From a phage: a DNA stretch of 64,000 bases. The first letter of the stretch is position 1. Each line of letters opens with the position of its first letter. Both the position numbers and the translations under genes were made by a program. Positions 27,105-37,127 of the stretch are shown here, piece by piece. The notes beneath the pieces are model-generated. The model worked only from the letters and a program-made list of their open reading frames with translations. It did no database searches and was not told where the DNA came from. The stretch lies in the NCBI GenBank assembly GCA_018865545.1, contig GCA_018865545.1_3633.1; one strand, 5' to 3'.

Positions 27105-27476
27105 ATGACCACTATTACCAAAGAACGTCTGCTGACAATCAAGCAATGGCGCGAAACATACGGACTAGGTAGCAACGTTGTACTGCCAGCAGAAGAAGCG
27201 CAAGAACTGGCTCGAATTGCTCTGGCATCGCTGGAAACAGAGCCTGTAGCATGGATGTGTGAGGACGCAGATGGTCGTGAGTATAACGCTCGCAATGAAT
27301 TTTCTGGTGGGAGGAAAGGAACCCCACTCTACACCTCTCCTAACGTGCAGGTAGTGCCGGAAGAAATGTATTGGCAGGATGCGCCAGTTGAAGGCAGCAG
27401 CAAAGCGGCTGCATACGCTACAGGCTGGAATGCCTGCCGCGCCGCTATGCTCAAAAAGAAGGGGATGAATCAATGA
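27105..27476 (+). CDS. hypothetical protein (high-GC island)
   Basis: 123-aa ORF; local GC about 50%. Confidence 0.45.
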   Translation: MTTITKERLLTIKQWRETYGLGSNVVLPAEEAQELARIALASLETEPVAWMCEDADGREYNARNEFSGGRKGTPLYTSPNVQVVPEEMYWQDAPVEGSSKAAAYATGWNACRAAMLKKKGMNQ

Positions 27477-27540
27477 CTTGGCCTGAAGCATTCACAACGG
27501 TAGGGGTTGTAATGGCTGTAGCCTTTGCAGTGTACTCAGT

Positions 27541-27756
27541 TTGTCGATGGGGGTGATGATGATAAAAGAACAACTAGGGAATGATACTCAAAAATCACGT
27601 TTTCAGCAGTGGTTGGAACAACAACATGACCAGATTGATGTGGATTGTGGTTGTGTTTCTATTGAAACATTCATGTATTGGTTACAAGTGGCGTATGAGG
27701 CAGGAGGAGATTTAAATGAGCAATGGTTATCAACCTGTCATCTCGGAAATGACTAA
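27541..27756 (+). CDS. hypothetical protein
   Basis: 71-aa ORF in high-GC island. Confidence 0.35.
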   Translation: MSMGVMMIKEQLGNDTQKSRFQQWLEQQHDQIDVDCGCVSIETFMYWLQVAYEAGGDLNEQWLSTCHLGND

Positions 27757-28102
27757 TGTTGCGCTTCCACCTTCGTCACCAAGCCTTAAAGCAGCAACCC
27801 AACAACCAGTTGCTTGGCGCTATCGTTATGTAAAACAGGGAAATCTGTGGACTGGTGACTGGAAATATGTCCCAACAAAAGAAGATTGTAACGACAGACC
27901 AAACTACGAAATTCAGGCGTTATACACCACACCTGTAACTTTAGAAGGTTTGTCTAAAGCAGTGCGCTTCTATGAACAGGTTAAGCGTGAAAATCCACCA
28001 GTCGAAACAGGGGCATGGAAAGATGCTATTGACTGGATACTCAAAGAGGCATATGATGTGGTAAATAAAACCACACAGGACTTATCGAGTTATGAAAATT
28101 GA
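27716..28102 (+). CDS. hypothetical protein
   Basis: 128-aa ORF in high-GC island. Confidence 0.4.
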   Translation: MSNGYQPVISEMTNVALPPSSPSLKAATQQPVAWRYRYVKQGNLWTGDWKYVPTKEDCNDRPNYEIQALYTTPVTLEGLSKAVRFYEQVKRENPPVETGAWKDAIDWILKEAYDVVNKTTQDLSSYEN

Positions 28103-28421
28103 TTACCAAAAATTACGTAAGCTAGCGGAGATAGCAAGAGATGGTGGTACTTATCAAGAAATAACTGACTACCGTACTATGGCCACACCTCAGCTTGTGC
28201 TGGCATTAATTGAAGAAATTGAAGATCAAGGCAAACGTATTGCAGATCTGGAGGCACGGATAGTAGATCTTCCTCAACGGTTGCAACCTGGTGCTGATGG
28301 TTATGATGATTGGTATATGCACAGCGCAGATGATGGTGAATATTTCAAAGCCGATGAGGTTATCGCGGCAATCTACGCCGCTGGCATTCGCCTCAAGGAG
28401 GCAACCAGTGAGCGGAATTAA
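28092..28421 (+). CDS. coiled-coil protein, tandem paralogue 1 (possibly Ead/Ea22-like)
   Basis: DYQKLRKLAEIARDGG and ATPQLVLALIEEIED shared with the next ORF. Confidence 0.45.
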   Translation: MKIDYQKLRKLAEIARDGGTYQEITDYRTMATPQLVLALIEEIEDQGKRIADLEARIVDLPQRLQPGADGYDDWYMHSADDGEYFKADEVIAAIYAAGIRLKEATSERN

Positions 28422-28659
28422 TTACCAAGCACTGCGTGAGGCGGCGCAGAACGCGAAAGATTTAGGTGGGATTAAGAATTACAAGCGAGGCGAGCAAGCT
28501 GTTGCCGAATTTGAGTCCTTGATAACACCACACATTGTGCTGGCGCTACTGGATGAAATTAAGAAGTTAGAAGACACAAATATTGACGCCATGTGTCAAA
28601 TTGCAGAACTCAAAACTAATGTCAAGTTATTGAAGGAAGGGGTAACTAGCCATGACTGA
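28408..28659 (+). CDS. coiled-coil protein, tandem paralogue 2
   Basis: start GTG 28408 after AAGGAGG; NYQALREAAQNAKDLGG and ITPHIVLALLDEIKK. Confidence 0.45.
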   Translation: MSGINYQALREAAQNAKDLGGIKNYKRGEQAVAEFESLITPHIVLALLDEIKKLEDTNIDAMCQIAELKTNVKLLKEGVTSHD

Positions 28660-29107
28660 GAAATCGGTGCATATTGATGAAATCAAACGTCTTGGTGCTA
28701 AATGTGCAACTCTTTTAGAAGAGAAATACCATGATAAAAAGAAAATCTCCGAACTTGCGACTCGTTGTGCAGAGCTAGTCGCTGAAAATATAGTGCTGCA
28801 CAGGGCAATTAAAGCTGTCCACAATGTTGCTGATAACTCCAGTGGGGTTGCCGATTGGCATTTGAATGGCGATATCTCTGCATGGGAAGAGGTTCTTCCT
28901 GAAATTTATGATATCAAAACCCCAGCTACCGATGCTTTCCTGGCTGAAGTACGGGCGCAGGGCGTGGAGATGCTGGCAAAAAATCATCAGAGTATCGTCA
29001 ATGCACTTAAGGGAGATTCTTTATTTTCTGATGGTGAAAACCGACATGCAGCTATTGTTTCCGCAGCCGTATATTTCGCCGCAGAGCTTCGCAAAGGGGG
29101 TGAGTAA
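28652..29107 (+). CDS. hypothetical protein (weaker relative of the paralogue pair)
   Basis: 151-aa helical ORF. Confidence 0.4.
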   Translation: MTEKSVHIDEIKRLGAKCATLLEEKYHDKKKISELATRCAELVAENIVLHRAIKAVHNVADNSSGVADWHLNGDISAWEEVLPEIYDIKTPATDAFLAEVRAQGVEMLAKNHQSIVNALKGDSLFSDGENRHAAIVSAAVYFAAELRKGGE

Positions 29108-29289
29108 TGCGTGTGGCATGTATCGGCCTGTTACCGTATCCGATTCGATTTTGGGCATCTGCGCCAATTGCAAATCCGAATATCCTGATGGCTGACAACA
29201 TCATCTCGGCACAGAAGCGCCATACCGGTATTGCAGCGGCACGACGAGCAGCCAAGAAACGCAGAAAGTCAAAACATAAGAGGAAATAA
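29107..29289 (+). CDS. hypothetical protein with basic C-terminus
   Basis: C-terminal KKRRKSKHKRK. Confidence 0.35.
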   Translation: MRVACIGLLPYPIRFWASAPIANPNILMADNIISAQKRHTGIAAARRAAKKRRKSKHKRK

Positions 29290-29453
29290 TGAAAGAAATA
29301 TTATTTGCATTCATATTTGCACTTGTAAGTGTTCCTGTGGCGATGGTTATGGCTGGTTTACCAGTTCATAAAGGGCTGCTTTTTGCGGGGCATATAGGAG
29401 CTTTTGTCATAGGTTTGCTCACTTGTCTACAGGTGGTTGCTAAAGATGTGTAA
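29289..29453 (+). CDS. small hydrophobic (membrane) protein
   Basis: 54-aa ORF absent from the track; two hydrophobic stretches. Confidence 0.3.
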   Translation: MKEILFAFIFALVSVPVAMVMAGLPVHKGLLFAGHIGAFVIGLLTCLQVVAKDV

Positions 29454-30102
29454 AAATCGTTTTTACATGATGTGCTTGCGTGAAACTGTAGGTAATAACG
29501 CCTCATTCCATTGCCATAACGGTAATGGTTACAGTTCTGATATCGATCGCGCTCATGTTTACACGCTGGAAGAAGCCCAAAAAGCCTGGAATTGTGGTCG
29601 AGATATCGATCAACCTGTTTGTGCCGATAGTGTGGATGCAATGGCTGTGTGGCACGTTGATTGCCAGTACATCCCTACAGAAAGCCTGATTGAGTCAGAT
29701 TGCACTGCGTATGTGGCCTACAAAAAAGGTAGCTGGAACGGCAACGATGTTTACTGGCTTCAACACGGTGGATTGCCAACAGATGACTTCAGTAAAGCAA
29801 CCATCTTTAGCGTCACCAACAGAAACGAACCAGGAATAGTTTGGTTGCCATTTTCCATTGCTGATTCAGCAAAGCGCAGGACGTTCAATATCAATAACTT
29901 TAACCGCAGAACAATGGCTCAGGGCGCAGGTTTGATCATGCCTGACTGGTTGAAAAAGCAGAACAGAAGAAAGAAGTCACGAACCGGGAAGGTGCGTTGG
30001 AATTGTCCGTATTGCGGAAAAATAGTCTGGCAGTACAGTCCCTATGATTTTGAAGGATGTCGTGATCACAACTGTGAAGGGTGGGTATATGGAAGATTTT
30101 AA
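29446..30102 (+). CDS. cysteine-rich hypothetical protein
   Basis: start ATG 29446; C-terminal CPYCG...CRDHNC. Confidence 0.4.
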   Translation: MCKNRFYMMCLRETVGNNASFHCHNGNGYSSDIDRAHVYTLEEAQKAWNCGRDIDQPVCADSVDAMAVWHVDCQYIPTESLIESDCTAYVAYKKGSWNGNDVYWLQHGGLPTDDFSKATIFSVTNRNEPGIVWLPFSIADSAKRRTFNINNFNRRTMAQGAGLIMPDWLKKQNRRKKSRTGKVRWNCPYCGKIVWQYSPYDFEGCRDHNCEGWVYGRF

Positions 30103-30298
30103 AATTAAACAAGGTTGTTTATACAAGTCTAAATTATCTTGGGATCCAGAGCAGAAATACCTTGTTACTGCCGTTGGTTTAAATCATGTCTTGATTACTG
30201 ACTACCCTTTGATTAAAATTAACGAGGGTTATTTAGAGCACTGTTTAACATACAAACAGTTCAAAGAAGACTTTATCTATGTTGGGGAGGTAGAATAA
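30089..30298 (+). CDS. hypothetical protein
   Basis: start ATG 30089. Confidence 0.35.
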   Translation: MEDFKIKQGCLYKSKLSWDPEQKYLVTAVGLNHVLITDYPLIKINEGYLEHCLTYKQFKEDFIYVGEVE

Positions 30299-30828
30299 TG
30301 GAACTTTCTAAATTCGCAGACTTGGTTAACCATATAGCCTCTTTACGTGGGAAACAATATCAGGATCCAGACACTAAAGTAACAATTGTTATTCATTCCC
30401 CAAGTACTGTTGGAGCAACACCTTCGGTTGATGTTCAATCTATACATGCAGGATTCGATTGGGATAGTGGACAAATAATGATTTTCCCATCTCAACCACT
30501 CACTGTGCTCTCAAAAGAGCAAGTAGAGGCCATTTGTGAAAGTGTTCATAAAGGACAATCTTGGCACGCTTTTCAAGAATACAAAAGACATAAGGAAGAA
30601 ATTGAAAAAGCACAGGCTCGTATTAAAGAGCTTGAAGAAGATCTTGGAAATATAAAACTTGTTGCTTCGGGTCTGCTCTCTGAATATCTCATGAATAAAG
30701 GTACTGATCTGGAATTTATCGCCTGTGTGACTCCATCGAAAAACACAATAGGTAATGGTGGTGTGTGGGATATGTGGCGAAAACTGGATAAGATGATTGG
30801 AGATAAAGATGAAAAATCGCAAAGCTAA
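30298..30828 (+). CDS. hypothetical protein
   Basis: 176-aa ORF. Confidence 0.45.
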   Translation: MELSKFADLVNHIASLRGKQYQDPDTKVTIVIHSPSTVGATPSVDVQSIHAGFDWDSGQIMIFPSQPLTVLSKEQVEAICESVHKGQSWHAFQEYKRHKEEIEKAQARIKELEEDLGNIKLVASGLLSEYLMNKGTDLEFIACVTPSKNTIGNGGVWDMWRKLDKMIGDKDEKSQS

Positions 30829-31018
30829 AATCCTTCTCCTGCCAAGGAAAAGGGAATCCCAAGTATTAAAAGTAAGCAATAGACGTGTTGTTTTATTTAA
30901 GTATTATGGCGCAATGGTTGCCGGAGAGAGAAAAAAGTTAAGCATAAAACAAAAGATTAAATACAGGAAACTCGAAAAAATATTTAATAATGCAATGGCA
31001 AAATTGAGGAATAACTAG
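30809..31018 (+). CDS. hypothetical basic protein
   Basis: start ATG 30809; Lys/Arg-rich. Confidence 0.35.
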   Translation: MKNRKAKILLLPRKRESQVLKVSNRRVVLFKYYGAMVAGERKKLSIKQKIKYRKLEKIFNNAMAKLRNN

Positions 31019-31312
31019 ATGACCAAAGAAATGTGGGAACATCACGAGGATTTGTTTGGTGAAAACCAAGTTATTGTTAAAGGTAGTCTTGAGAAAGAGG
31101 GAAACGGAATGGAGAGCTACTCCCCAATCTGTACCGCTGAAAACGGGAATCTAGCTTTGGCTATTGCAATGTGTCCCTTGATTGTGGATGCTCTCGAACA
31201 AGCCCTACCATATGTAAAAGCGGCAGCAAAAACTGATGGACATGCCAACGGAACTTATCAGCTTGCAGCTAACATTGTTTCTGACTGGAAGAGATATATG
31301 AATAAAGGATAG
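31019..31312 (+). CDS. hypothetical protein
   Basis: 97-aa ORF. Confidence 0.4.
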   Translation: MTKEMWEHHEDLFGENQVIVKGSLEKEGNGMESYSPICTAENGNLALAIAMCPLIVDALEQALPYVKAAAKTDGHANGTYQLAANIVSDWKRYMNKG

Positions 31313-31316
31313 AAAC

Positions 31317-31673
31317 ATGATGTCTTTTTTAGAGTGGGTCCAGGTGCATAATAACTGGTTCCCTGCTTTATCGTTTTATGTGTTGTGTTCTATTTGGGCT
31401 TTCATTTTATCGTATAAAGGGACATGGAAACACGTTGTTGTCTCTTTTGTTATGTTCGTTATTCTTGGGGCAACAACTATTAACTACTTTCTCCTTTACG
31501 AGGATGGCTACAAAGAGTACACAAAAAACTGGGAATCGTGCACAACACAAAAAGCATTGGATGAAATGTATGTCTTCGATAATGTAAAAGAGAAATGTAT
31601 GAAGCCTGTTGTTGGCTTTGTACCAACAGAGAGCGTAGATATACTGGAAATTAAAAATGGAGATTGGACATGA
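31317..31673 (+). CDS. membrane protein
   Basis: two hydrophobic segments in the N-terminal half. Confidence 0.4.
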   Translation: MMSFLEWVQVHNNWFPALSFYVLCSIWAFILSYKGTWKHVVVSFVMFVILGATTINYFLLYEDGYKEYTKNWESCTTQKALDEMYVFDNVKEKCMKPVVGFVPTESVDILEIKNGDWT

Positions 31674-31945
31674 CAAACAAAAAGTTAACAGGTGCACAAC
31701 TTGTTGAGAATCTCAAAGAGAAACTTCGCAACAACCCCTCTTTGGAAGAGGAATTGCTACTTAAATATTTCGAAGATAATGTGGATATGCTCCCTGTGGA
31801 ATATGGTTGTCCAGAGGGTTTCCACAAAGCATTTCGACAAGTGGATGTGTGTAAGAAAGGCTATCAAGATATGGTTATTTGGAGTATCCTTTCAGGAGGG
31901 GATTCGGAAAGGGTTTGGGAAGTTATAGAAGAGTTTTTCTCTTGA
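31664..31945 (+). CDS. hypothetical protein
   Basis: 93-aa ORF. Confidence 0.4.
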   Translation: MDMTNKKLTGAQLVENLKEKLRNNPSLEEELLLKYFEDNVDMLPVEYGCPEGFHKAFRQVDVCKKGYQDMVIWSILSGGDSERVWEVIEEFFS

Positions 31946-31952
31946 GGTTTTT

Positions 31953-32144
31953 ATGAGATTTTTATCTGCGTTAAGCATTCTCTTCATAGCGTTGAAGTTG
32001 TGTGAGATTATAGACTGGTCTTGGTGGTTAGTTCTTGCCCCTCTATACCTACCATGGGCAATTGTTGTCATGCCCCCTTTGATTATAGCGGTTACAGCAT
32101 TTGTCCTGTCTTTTCTCCAAGAAAAAGACAAAAAATCATCTTGA
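31953..32144 (+). CDS. small membrane protein
   Basis: 63 aa with two hydrophobic helices. Confidence 0.4.
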   Translation: MRFLSALSILFIALKLCEIIDWSWWLVLAPLYLPWAIVVMPPLIIAVTAFVLSFLQEKDKKSS

Positions 32145-32200
32145 CATACATGCATGCATAGTGTAAGATGTGATACTCAACAACCTTGTAAGGAATAGAC

Positions 32201-32542
32201 ATGCCTAAAGAAAAACAAACACCTGAAAATAAAGAGGATATCCGTTTTCTTGATCTTGATGAAGGGCAGTTTGGAACAATCGTATACTTGTCCAGCGCCA
32301 GTCACCAGATGGGAACAGTAATCGGGTCGAAAGAAATTCGAGAAGAGATGCTAAAGCTCATCCAAAGTGGTAACTATAAAACGGTAGAGGATGCAATTTC
32401 ATGGATCCGAGGACACCGCAACAATTTGTTGAAATTAAATACTGCTTCCACTTTTGCATTGAACCTGCTAAATCAAGTTGAAGATTTAGTGGTAGATAAA
32501 ATGTTGAGCGTTGGAAACGAAACTGCTGAAGGCGTTAAGTAA
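32201..32542 (+). CDS. hypothetical protein
   Basis: 113-aa ORF. Confidence 0.4.
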   Translation: MPKEKQTPENKEDIRFLDLDEGQFGTIVYLSSASHQMGTVIGSKEIREEMLKLIQSGNYKTVEDAISWIRGHRNNLLKLNTASTFALNLLNQVEDLVVDKMLSVGNETAEGVK

Positions 32543-32556
32543 TAAAAGGAGAGAGA

Positions 32557-33774
32557 ATGAGCGTAATCAATGAATTTAAGAATCCAATCAACGGAAAAGT
32601 TGATTATTTTGCGAAAGGTTTTATCAAGTATGTTAATATTCGTCCAGTGAAAAACGCTGACGCAGATGGTATCCGGCGTACCCATATCCCTGCTCGCAAC
32701 GGGCAACCAGCTAAAGTTATTGAGGCTACGCACTCAATCAGTTTCCTGATGCAAGAGGTTGACGATAATAACAACGTTATTGACCCACAGAGCCAAGGTG
32801 AGTGGATTTCTATGGGTGAGAAAAAACTTCACCCAAGCCATGCAGACAAAATTCAGGTGAAATTTGATTCTGGATACAAAGATATTGTGGCGGGGATGGT
32901 TGTTTCTTTCCCTCTCAAAATTACTAAGAGTGGGGATAAAACGTATACAAACGGCACTTTAAACGGAAAGACCTTCAGCATTCTCGATGAAAGTAAAGTT
33001 GGTCAAAGTGCTCCTCGCCAGCAATCTTCGACCCAATCACCTGCAAATGCCCAAGTTAAAGGCACTAAAATTTATGGTGAGATTGCTGCAATCGTTGGCA
33101 ATGTGGTGACAGTTAATGATGAGAAGAATGGTCAAGGAAACCTTGTCCTCACAGATGAGCAATTGGCGCAAGTTGTAGTAGGTGGTCGTGTCACTGCGAT
33201 TGTTAACCTAAGTGATGGTACGGTCTTAAGTGGATTTAAAGCCTATGGTCCTGCTGGGCAGACTAAGAAGTCATCTGGCGGCTATGATGCTTTAGGTGTT
33301 GCTTGTGGACACGGCATCAACGGTGTGAAGGAACTCATTAAAGCTGGTTTTAAGATCGAGGATCGTCTCTCTGCCGCGAAGATGGTTCACAACGCTACAG
33401 TAGCTATGAAGGCTTTTGTGGCAGAGAAAACAGGAAAAGATGTGGAATCTAATGCGGTGGGCGCTAGTGCGGGTAATGCTATCTTAGTGGCTTGTGCTTT
33501 GTATCATCAAACCGATAAACTAACAGAAGATAGTATTCTGAATGCCGCCAAAGATGTTTACCTAACACTATCAGAGCCGTTTTACGAGTTCTTATCTAAA
33601 GGTGATGGGAAGACACAACAAAAGAACAAACAGCATGCTAAGGAACCTTTGAACAGTTCCAATAGCGATATTCCGAATATGGAATCGCCAGCACCTGAAT
33701 TTGACTATGATGAAGATATCCCTTTCAGTCCTGTAGGTCTACAGTACGGTAAACATCGGGTATACATCCTGTAA
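32557..33774 (+). CDS. hypothetical protein, possibly ssDNA-binding (acidic DEDIPF-like tail)
   Basis: C-terminal FDYDEDIPF resembles the SSB acidic tip; Gly/Ala-rich middle. Confidence 0.3.
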   Translation: MSVINEFKNPINGKVDYFAKGFIKYVNIRPVKNADADGIRRTHIPARNGQPAKVIEATHSISFLMQEVDDNNNVIDPQSQGEWISMGEKKLHPSHADKIQVKFDSGYKDIVAGMVVSFPLKITKSGDKTYTNGTLNGKTFSILDESKVGQSAPRQQSSTQSPANAQVKGTKIYGEIAAIVGNVVTVNDEKNGQGNLVLTDEQLAQVVVGGRVTAIVNLSDGTVLSGFKAYGPAGQTKKSSGGYDALGVACGHGINGVKELIKAGFKIEDRLSAAKMVHNATVAMKAFVAEKTGKDVESNAVGASAGNAILVACALYHQTDKLTEDSILNAAKDVYLTLSEPFYEFLSKGDGKTQQKNKQHAKEPLNSSNSDIPNMESPAPEFDYDEDIPFSPVGLQYGKHRVYIL

Positions 33775-33787
33775 ATACCTCATAAAA

Positions 33788-33815
33788 ATGGAGGGGAGAT
33801 CCCCTCCATTTTTTG
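33788..33815. terminator. bidirectional rho-independent terminator between early (+) and late (-) blocks
   Basis: 9-bp stem ATGGAGGGG/CCCCTCCAT with AGAT loop, A-run before and T-run after. Confidence 0.6.
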
Positions 33816-33959
33816 ATTAAAGTCTAGGTGTTTATTAGGGATTTATACAACAGTGGCGATCTTATGATAATTACATACTCCTATAAAGTGTGGATTATTT
33901 GTAATAAATATTTACTTGTAAAAATAAGTGATGTCCTACAAAATTATAAAAGAGCTTTA

Positions 33960-34592
33960 TTAAACCACCGTTACTGTTTCTTTGTGGGTGGCAGAAACAT
34001 CTTTGTATGTACCTTTTAATCCACATTGTGCCTCACCAGAGGATATGCATGTAAATATCCCGCTAGGAGCCATGCTTATGATGTTAGGTGTTTCTGCAAA
34101 CCCATAGACAGAGAAGTCATCTTCTTCCATGATCTCTGGCGGGAATACATCAAAACCAACCATATTAGGGGATGGGTTGCCAGGATCAAAAGAAGGATCG
34201 CCTCTATAGACAAACCAGAACCTGTCCCCGATTGATCTATTTCCTATAGGGTCAACGTCCAATCTCAACTCTTCTACATTTCCAGTTATAACATCGGATA
34301 AAGTTATATCTCCAACTGTCTTTGCTGTCATCAATATACTGAAGTAACCTTCTGAAATAAAGGATATTTCCCCATCTTTATTAACAGAGACCGAATCCGG
34401 CGTATTAGCTTCAAAAGTTATATCATATATATCAGCCCCTTCGGGGGAAACCGCATACGCCAGCTTTTTAGAACTACCTTTTAATGCAATACCTATAGGT
34501 TGTAAAGTTATGGATTGTGCCGCTATCTTGTTAATAATTGTATTATAGAAACAAGGAATTGGATACATTAAACCTCCTAAAACAAAGGCCAC
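33960..34592 (-). CDS. hypothetical tail-associated protein
   Basis: 210-aa ORF just downstream of a tail-fibre gene. Confidence 0.35.
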   Translation of the reverse strand: MAFVLGGLMYPIPCFYNTIINKIAAQSITLQPIGIALKGSSKKLAYAVSPEGADIYDITFEANTPDSVSVNKDGEISFISEGYFSILMTAKTVGDITLSDVITGNVEELRLDVDPIGNRSIGDRFWFVYRGDPSFDPGNPSPNMVGFDVFPPEIMEEDDFSVYGFAETPNIISMAPSGIFTCISSGEAQCGLKGTYKDVSATHKETVTVV

Positions 34593-34609
34593 TGCTGTGG
34601 CCTTTTACA

Positions 34610-36364
34610 TTATGGTTGTGGTCTACGGACAATAACAGTGTCGATAACCCCACCTTCAACACCATTAAAGGTTAATTGAAGGATGGTGACTGAATTTGCT
34701 GTTGTATTAACAGTTTCACTGTTAAGGACAACATAATTAGGATCCAGAGTCACACTGTGCCCACCTGTGGCATCCTGCGTCAGATAAATCATAGCGGAGA
34801 AAGGTTGCTGTGGATCAGGCCATGCTCCGATTGTCAGATTTTTATTTACTGTGACATTATAAATGTTGGATGTGCCGCTTGGTGTCCATGTTGCTGTCGG
34901 ATCGTCAACTTCTTCCGATTGTAAAGTTAGGAAACTTACATTGGTGGAAGAAAGTTGTGTCTGGCCGTTAACAAATAACTGATTTGTCGTTACACTGCTT
35001 TGAGCAGAAAGAGATGCTACGTTTACGTTTTGTCCTGTCAAATCAAACGTAATACCAGATACAGTCCCCTTAACAATCAGGTTGTTTACTGTTGTTGTGC
35101 CAGAAGATCTATTTAAAGTCACATCGCCATCAGATATTATCTTACCAAGGGTTGAAGTTCCGTTGACAGTTAGATCACCACCTACAGACCCGTCACCAGT
35201 CGCAGTGAATCCCTCCCCTAAAGTTAATAGCCCTGTGACATTACCAGTTGTAGAGGAGAAATCTTTGAGACTGGCTTGTCCATTAACAACAAGGTTGTTA
35301 GTAACTTCTAAGCTCTCACATGTTGTACTGTTGAGATTGGTGTTACCATTGACTTGTAAATCACCACCTACAGTAATCCCTTGTGCCGTTGTTACAGAAT
35401 TAGGCGAGATATCTTCCCCATTGACAGAAAAAGAAAGTCCTGTTACAGTACCTGTAATCTTTAAGTTTTCAAGTTCTGTTATCCCAGAAACTTTAAGACG
35501 AGCTTCAGAAGGGTCTTTTTTAGAGTTACCTGTAATGTAAACATAGTCGAAGGTATTATTACCAAGACCTGTGAAAGACATTGTTGTATTGTCTGCTACT
35601 GGCACACCGTTTATGATGATGTCTGTATGTAACTGATGTGTCTGCGCTGAGTATGCTTCAAGCCTTGTTTTTATAAACGTCGGGTTAGAATCATCACTGT
35701 AGGCAAAAGATAGACTTGAATTATCTTTTGTTAAGATAAGATTCTGGAATTTTCCTGTTTGATTTTCAGCATTAACAGGCCCATTAAATGTTGACACACC
35801 GCCAACAGAAAGCGTATTAAGACTCGCTAAACCTGTTACAGTAAGATCCGCGAATGTACCGTTGCCACCCGCAATTCCAGCCAAAGCAGTAGCAATAGCT
35901 CTAGTAACGAATTGTGTTGTTGCCAGAGTTGTACTGTTACTATCCGCTGATGGTGTTGGTGCTTGAGGGTTCCCTGTAAAAATAGGGCTGTCAATAGGCG
36001 CAAATAGCTGAGACATAGATTCTGAATCGTTGTATAATCTCCAGTTAACATTATTGACTGGATTAGGAGGTAGTGTTACAGGCGAACTCTCTGTCGCACC
36101 GGGTGCATACCACCATTGGACACCTCTTTCCCCTGTATAGGCATACAACTGATTAAATACCGTCGTCTGTTGTCCAGCAACCCACGGCAGTGGAGGTGTT
36201 TTAAAGAATAAATTGTCAAGAAATGCTTTTCTGACTGTAGGTATCAGACTGCCATCCTCTGTAACTACAGTTTCAGTAGCTGCCCCATTGACAACTTTAT
36301 GAAGGCGTTCAGAATCTTCTACAACCTGATCTACCGCCTGTTCAAATTTAGTCATGTCCGCCAC
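34610..36364 (-). CDS. tail fibre protein
   Basis: PIFTGNPQAPTP...TTQFV collar motif shared with 56066..57676 and 58239..59489; long Gly/Thr/Asn-rich repeat region. Confidence 0.55.
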   Translation of the reverse strand: MADMTKFEQAVDQVVEDSERLHKVVNGAATETVVTEDGSLIPTVRKAFLDNLFFKTPPLPWVAGQQTTVFNQLYAYTGERGVQWWYAPGATESSPVTLPPNPVNNVNWRLYNDSESMSQLFAPIDSPIFTGNPQAPTPSADSNSTTLATTQFVTRAIATALAGIAGGNGTFADLTVTGLASLNTLSVGGVSTFNGPVNAENQTGKFQNLILTKDNSSLSFAYSDDSNPTFIKTRLEAYSAQTHQLHTDIIINGVPVADNTTMSFTGLGNNTFDYVYITGNSKKDPSEARLKVSGITELENLKITGTVTGLSFSVNGEDISPNSVTTAQGITVGGDLQVNGNTNLNSTTCESLEVTNNLVVNGQASLKDFSSTTGNVTGLLTLGEGFTATGDGSVGGDLTVNGTSTLGKIISDGDVTLNRSSGTTTVNNLIVKGTVSGITFDLTGQNVNVASLSAQSSVTTNQLFVNGQTQLSSTNVSFLTLQSEEVDDPTATWTPSGTSNIYNVTVNKNLTIGAWPDPQQPFSAMIYLTQDATGGHSVTLDPNYVVLNSETVNTTANSVTILQLTFNGVEGGVIDTVIVRRPQP

Positions 36365-36374
36365 AAGAATCTCC

Positions 36375-36638
36375 TTATTGGTCTGACTCTTCCCTACGTT
36401 GTGCTTCTACACCCCAGCGTAGAGATATTAACTTACTTATTAACTGCGGGGCAGCTACTGTGGGGGCATACACCCACATATACCACTCCGTTAATGTGCC
36501 TTTGAAACCCCAATCCAAAAAAACTGCTGTCATTGCAGCTAATCCGATATTGCTCCAAAATTTTGTGTGGGAGGCTTTCTCTGGATTTACTGGGGATCTG
36601 ACAAGATCTTTTAAAAATTTCAATATTGATTTTATCAT
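36375..36638 (-). CDS. small membrane protein
   Basis: 87 aa with a central hydrophobic segment. Confidence 0.35.
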   Translation of the reverse strand: MIKSILKFLKDLVRSPVNPEKASHTKFWSNIGLAAMTAVFLDWGFKGTLTEWYMWVYAPTVAAPQLISKLISLRWGVEAQRREESDQ

Positions 36639-36653
36639 AATACATTAGAATCC

Positions 36654-37127
36654 TCAATAATTTACTCCAGGAACAATTCTGGCTATAATTATGAAACCAA
36701 CAACAACAGAAGTTTTAAACAATTCTTTTATTGTACCTGTTTTGTATGCAGCGCATAATAAAAGAACTTCCATAAATGTTGGATATGATGAATTTATCGT
36801 GAAGCCTAATGCGTTCGGTAAAATAAATGGGAACTGCATAATTAAAATTTGGCAAAACAAAACAGGTAGAGATAGTGCAAGCATTAGCTTTTTTCTCCAT
36901 CCTGTCAAAACACATGCAGTAAAGAAAATCAGAGATATATCCAAAAACCAACAAAAAGTTAGGTAGAGTGATAAATCAAATGCGTAGATATGGGAACTGA
37001 ACCACCAGTACAATATATTCTCTATCAGGATATGAACCATGCCAAGTACTGACATGGTTCGGATACCTTTATCATTATCAAGAAGTAGCACTGCAAAGCA
37101 TATAAAGTACAGTGCAGAACTTATCAT
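36654..37127 (-). CDS. multi-pass membrane protein
   Basis: 157 aa with several hydrophobic helices. Confidence 0.4.
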   Translation of the reverse strand: MISSALYFICFAVLLLDNDKGIRTMSVLGMVHILIENILYWWFSSHIYAFDLSLYLTFCWFLDISLIFFTACVLTGWRKKLMLALSLPVLFCQILIMQFPFILPNALGFTINSSYPTFMEVLLLCAAYKTGTIKELFKTSVVVGFIIIARIVPGVNY

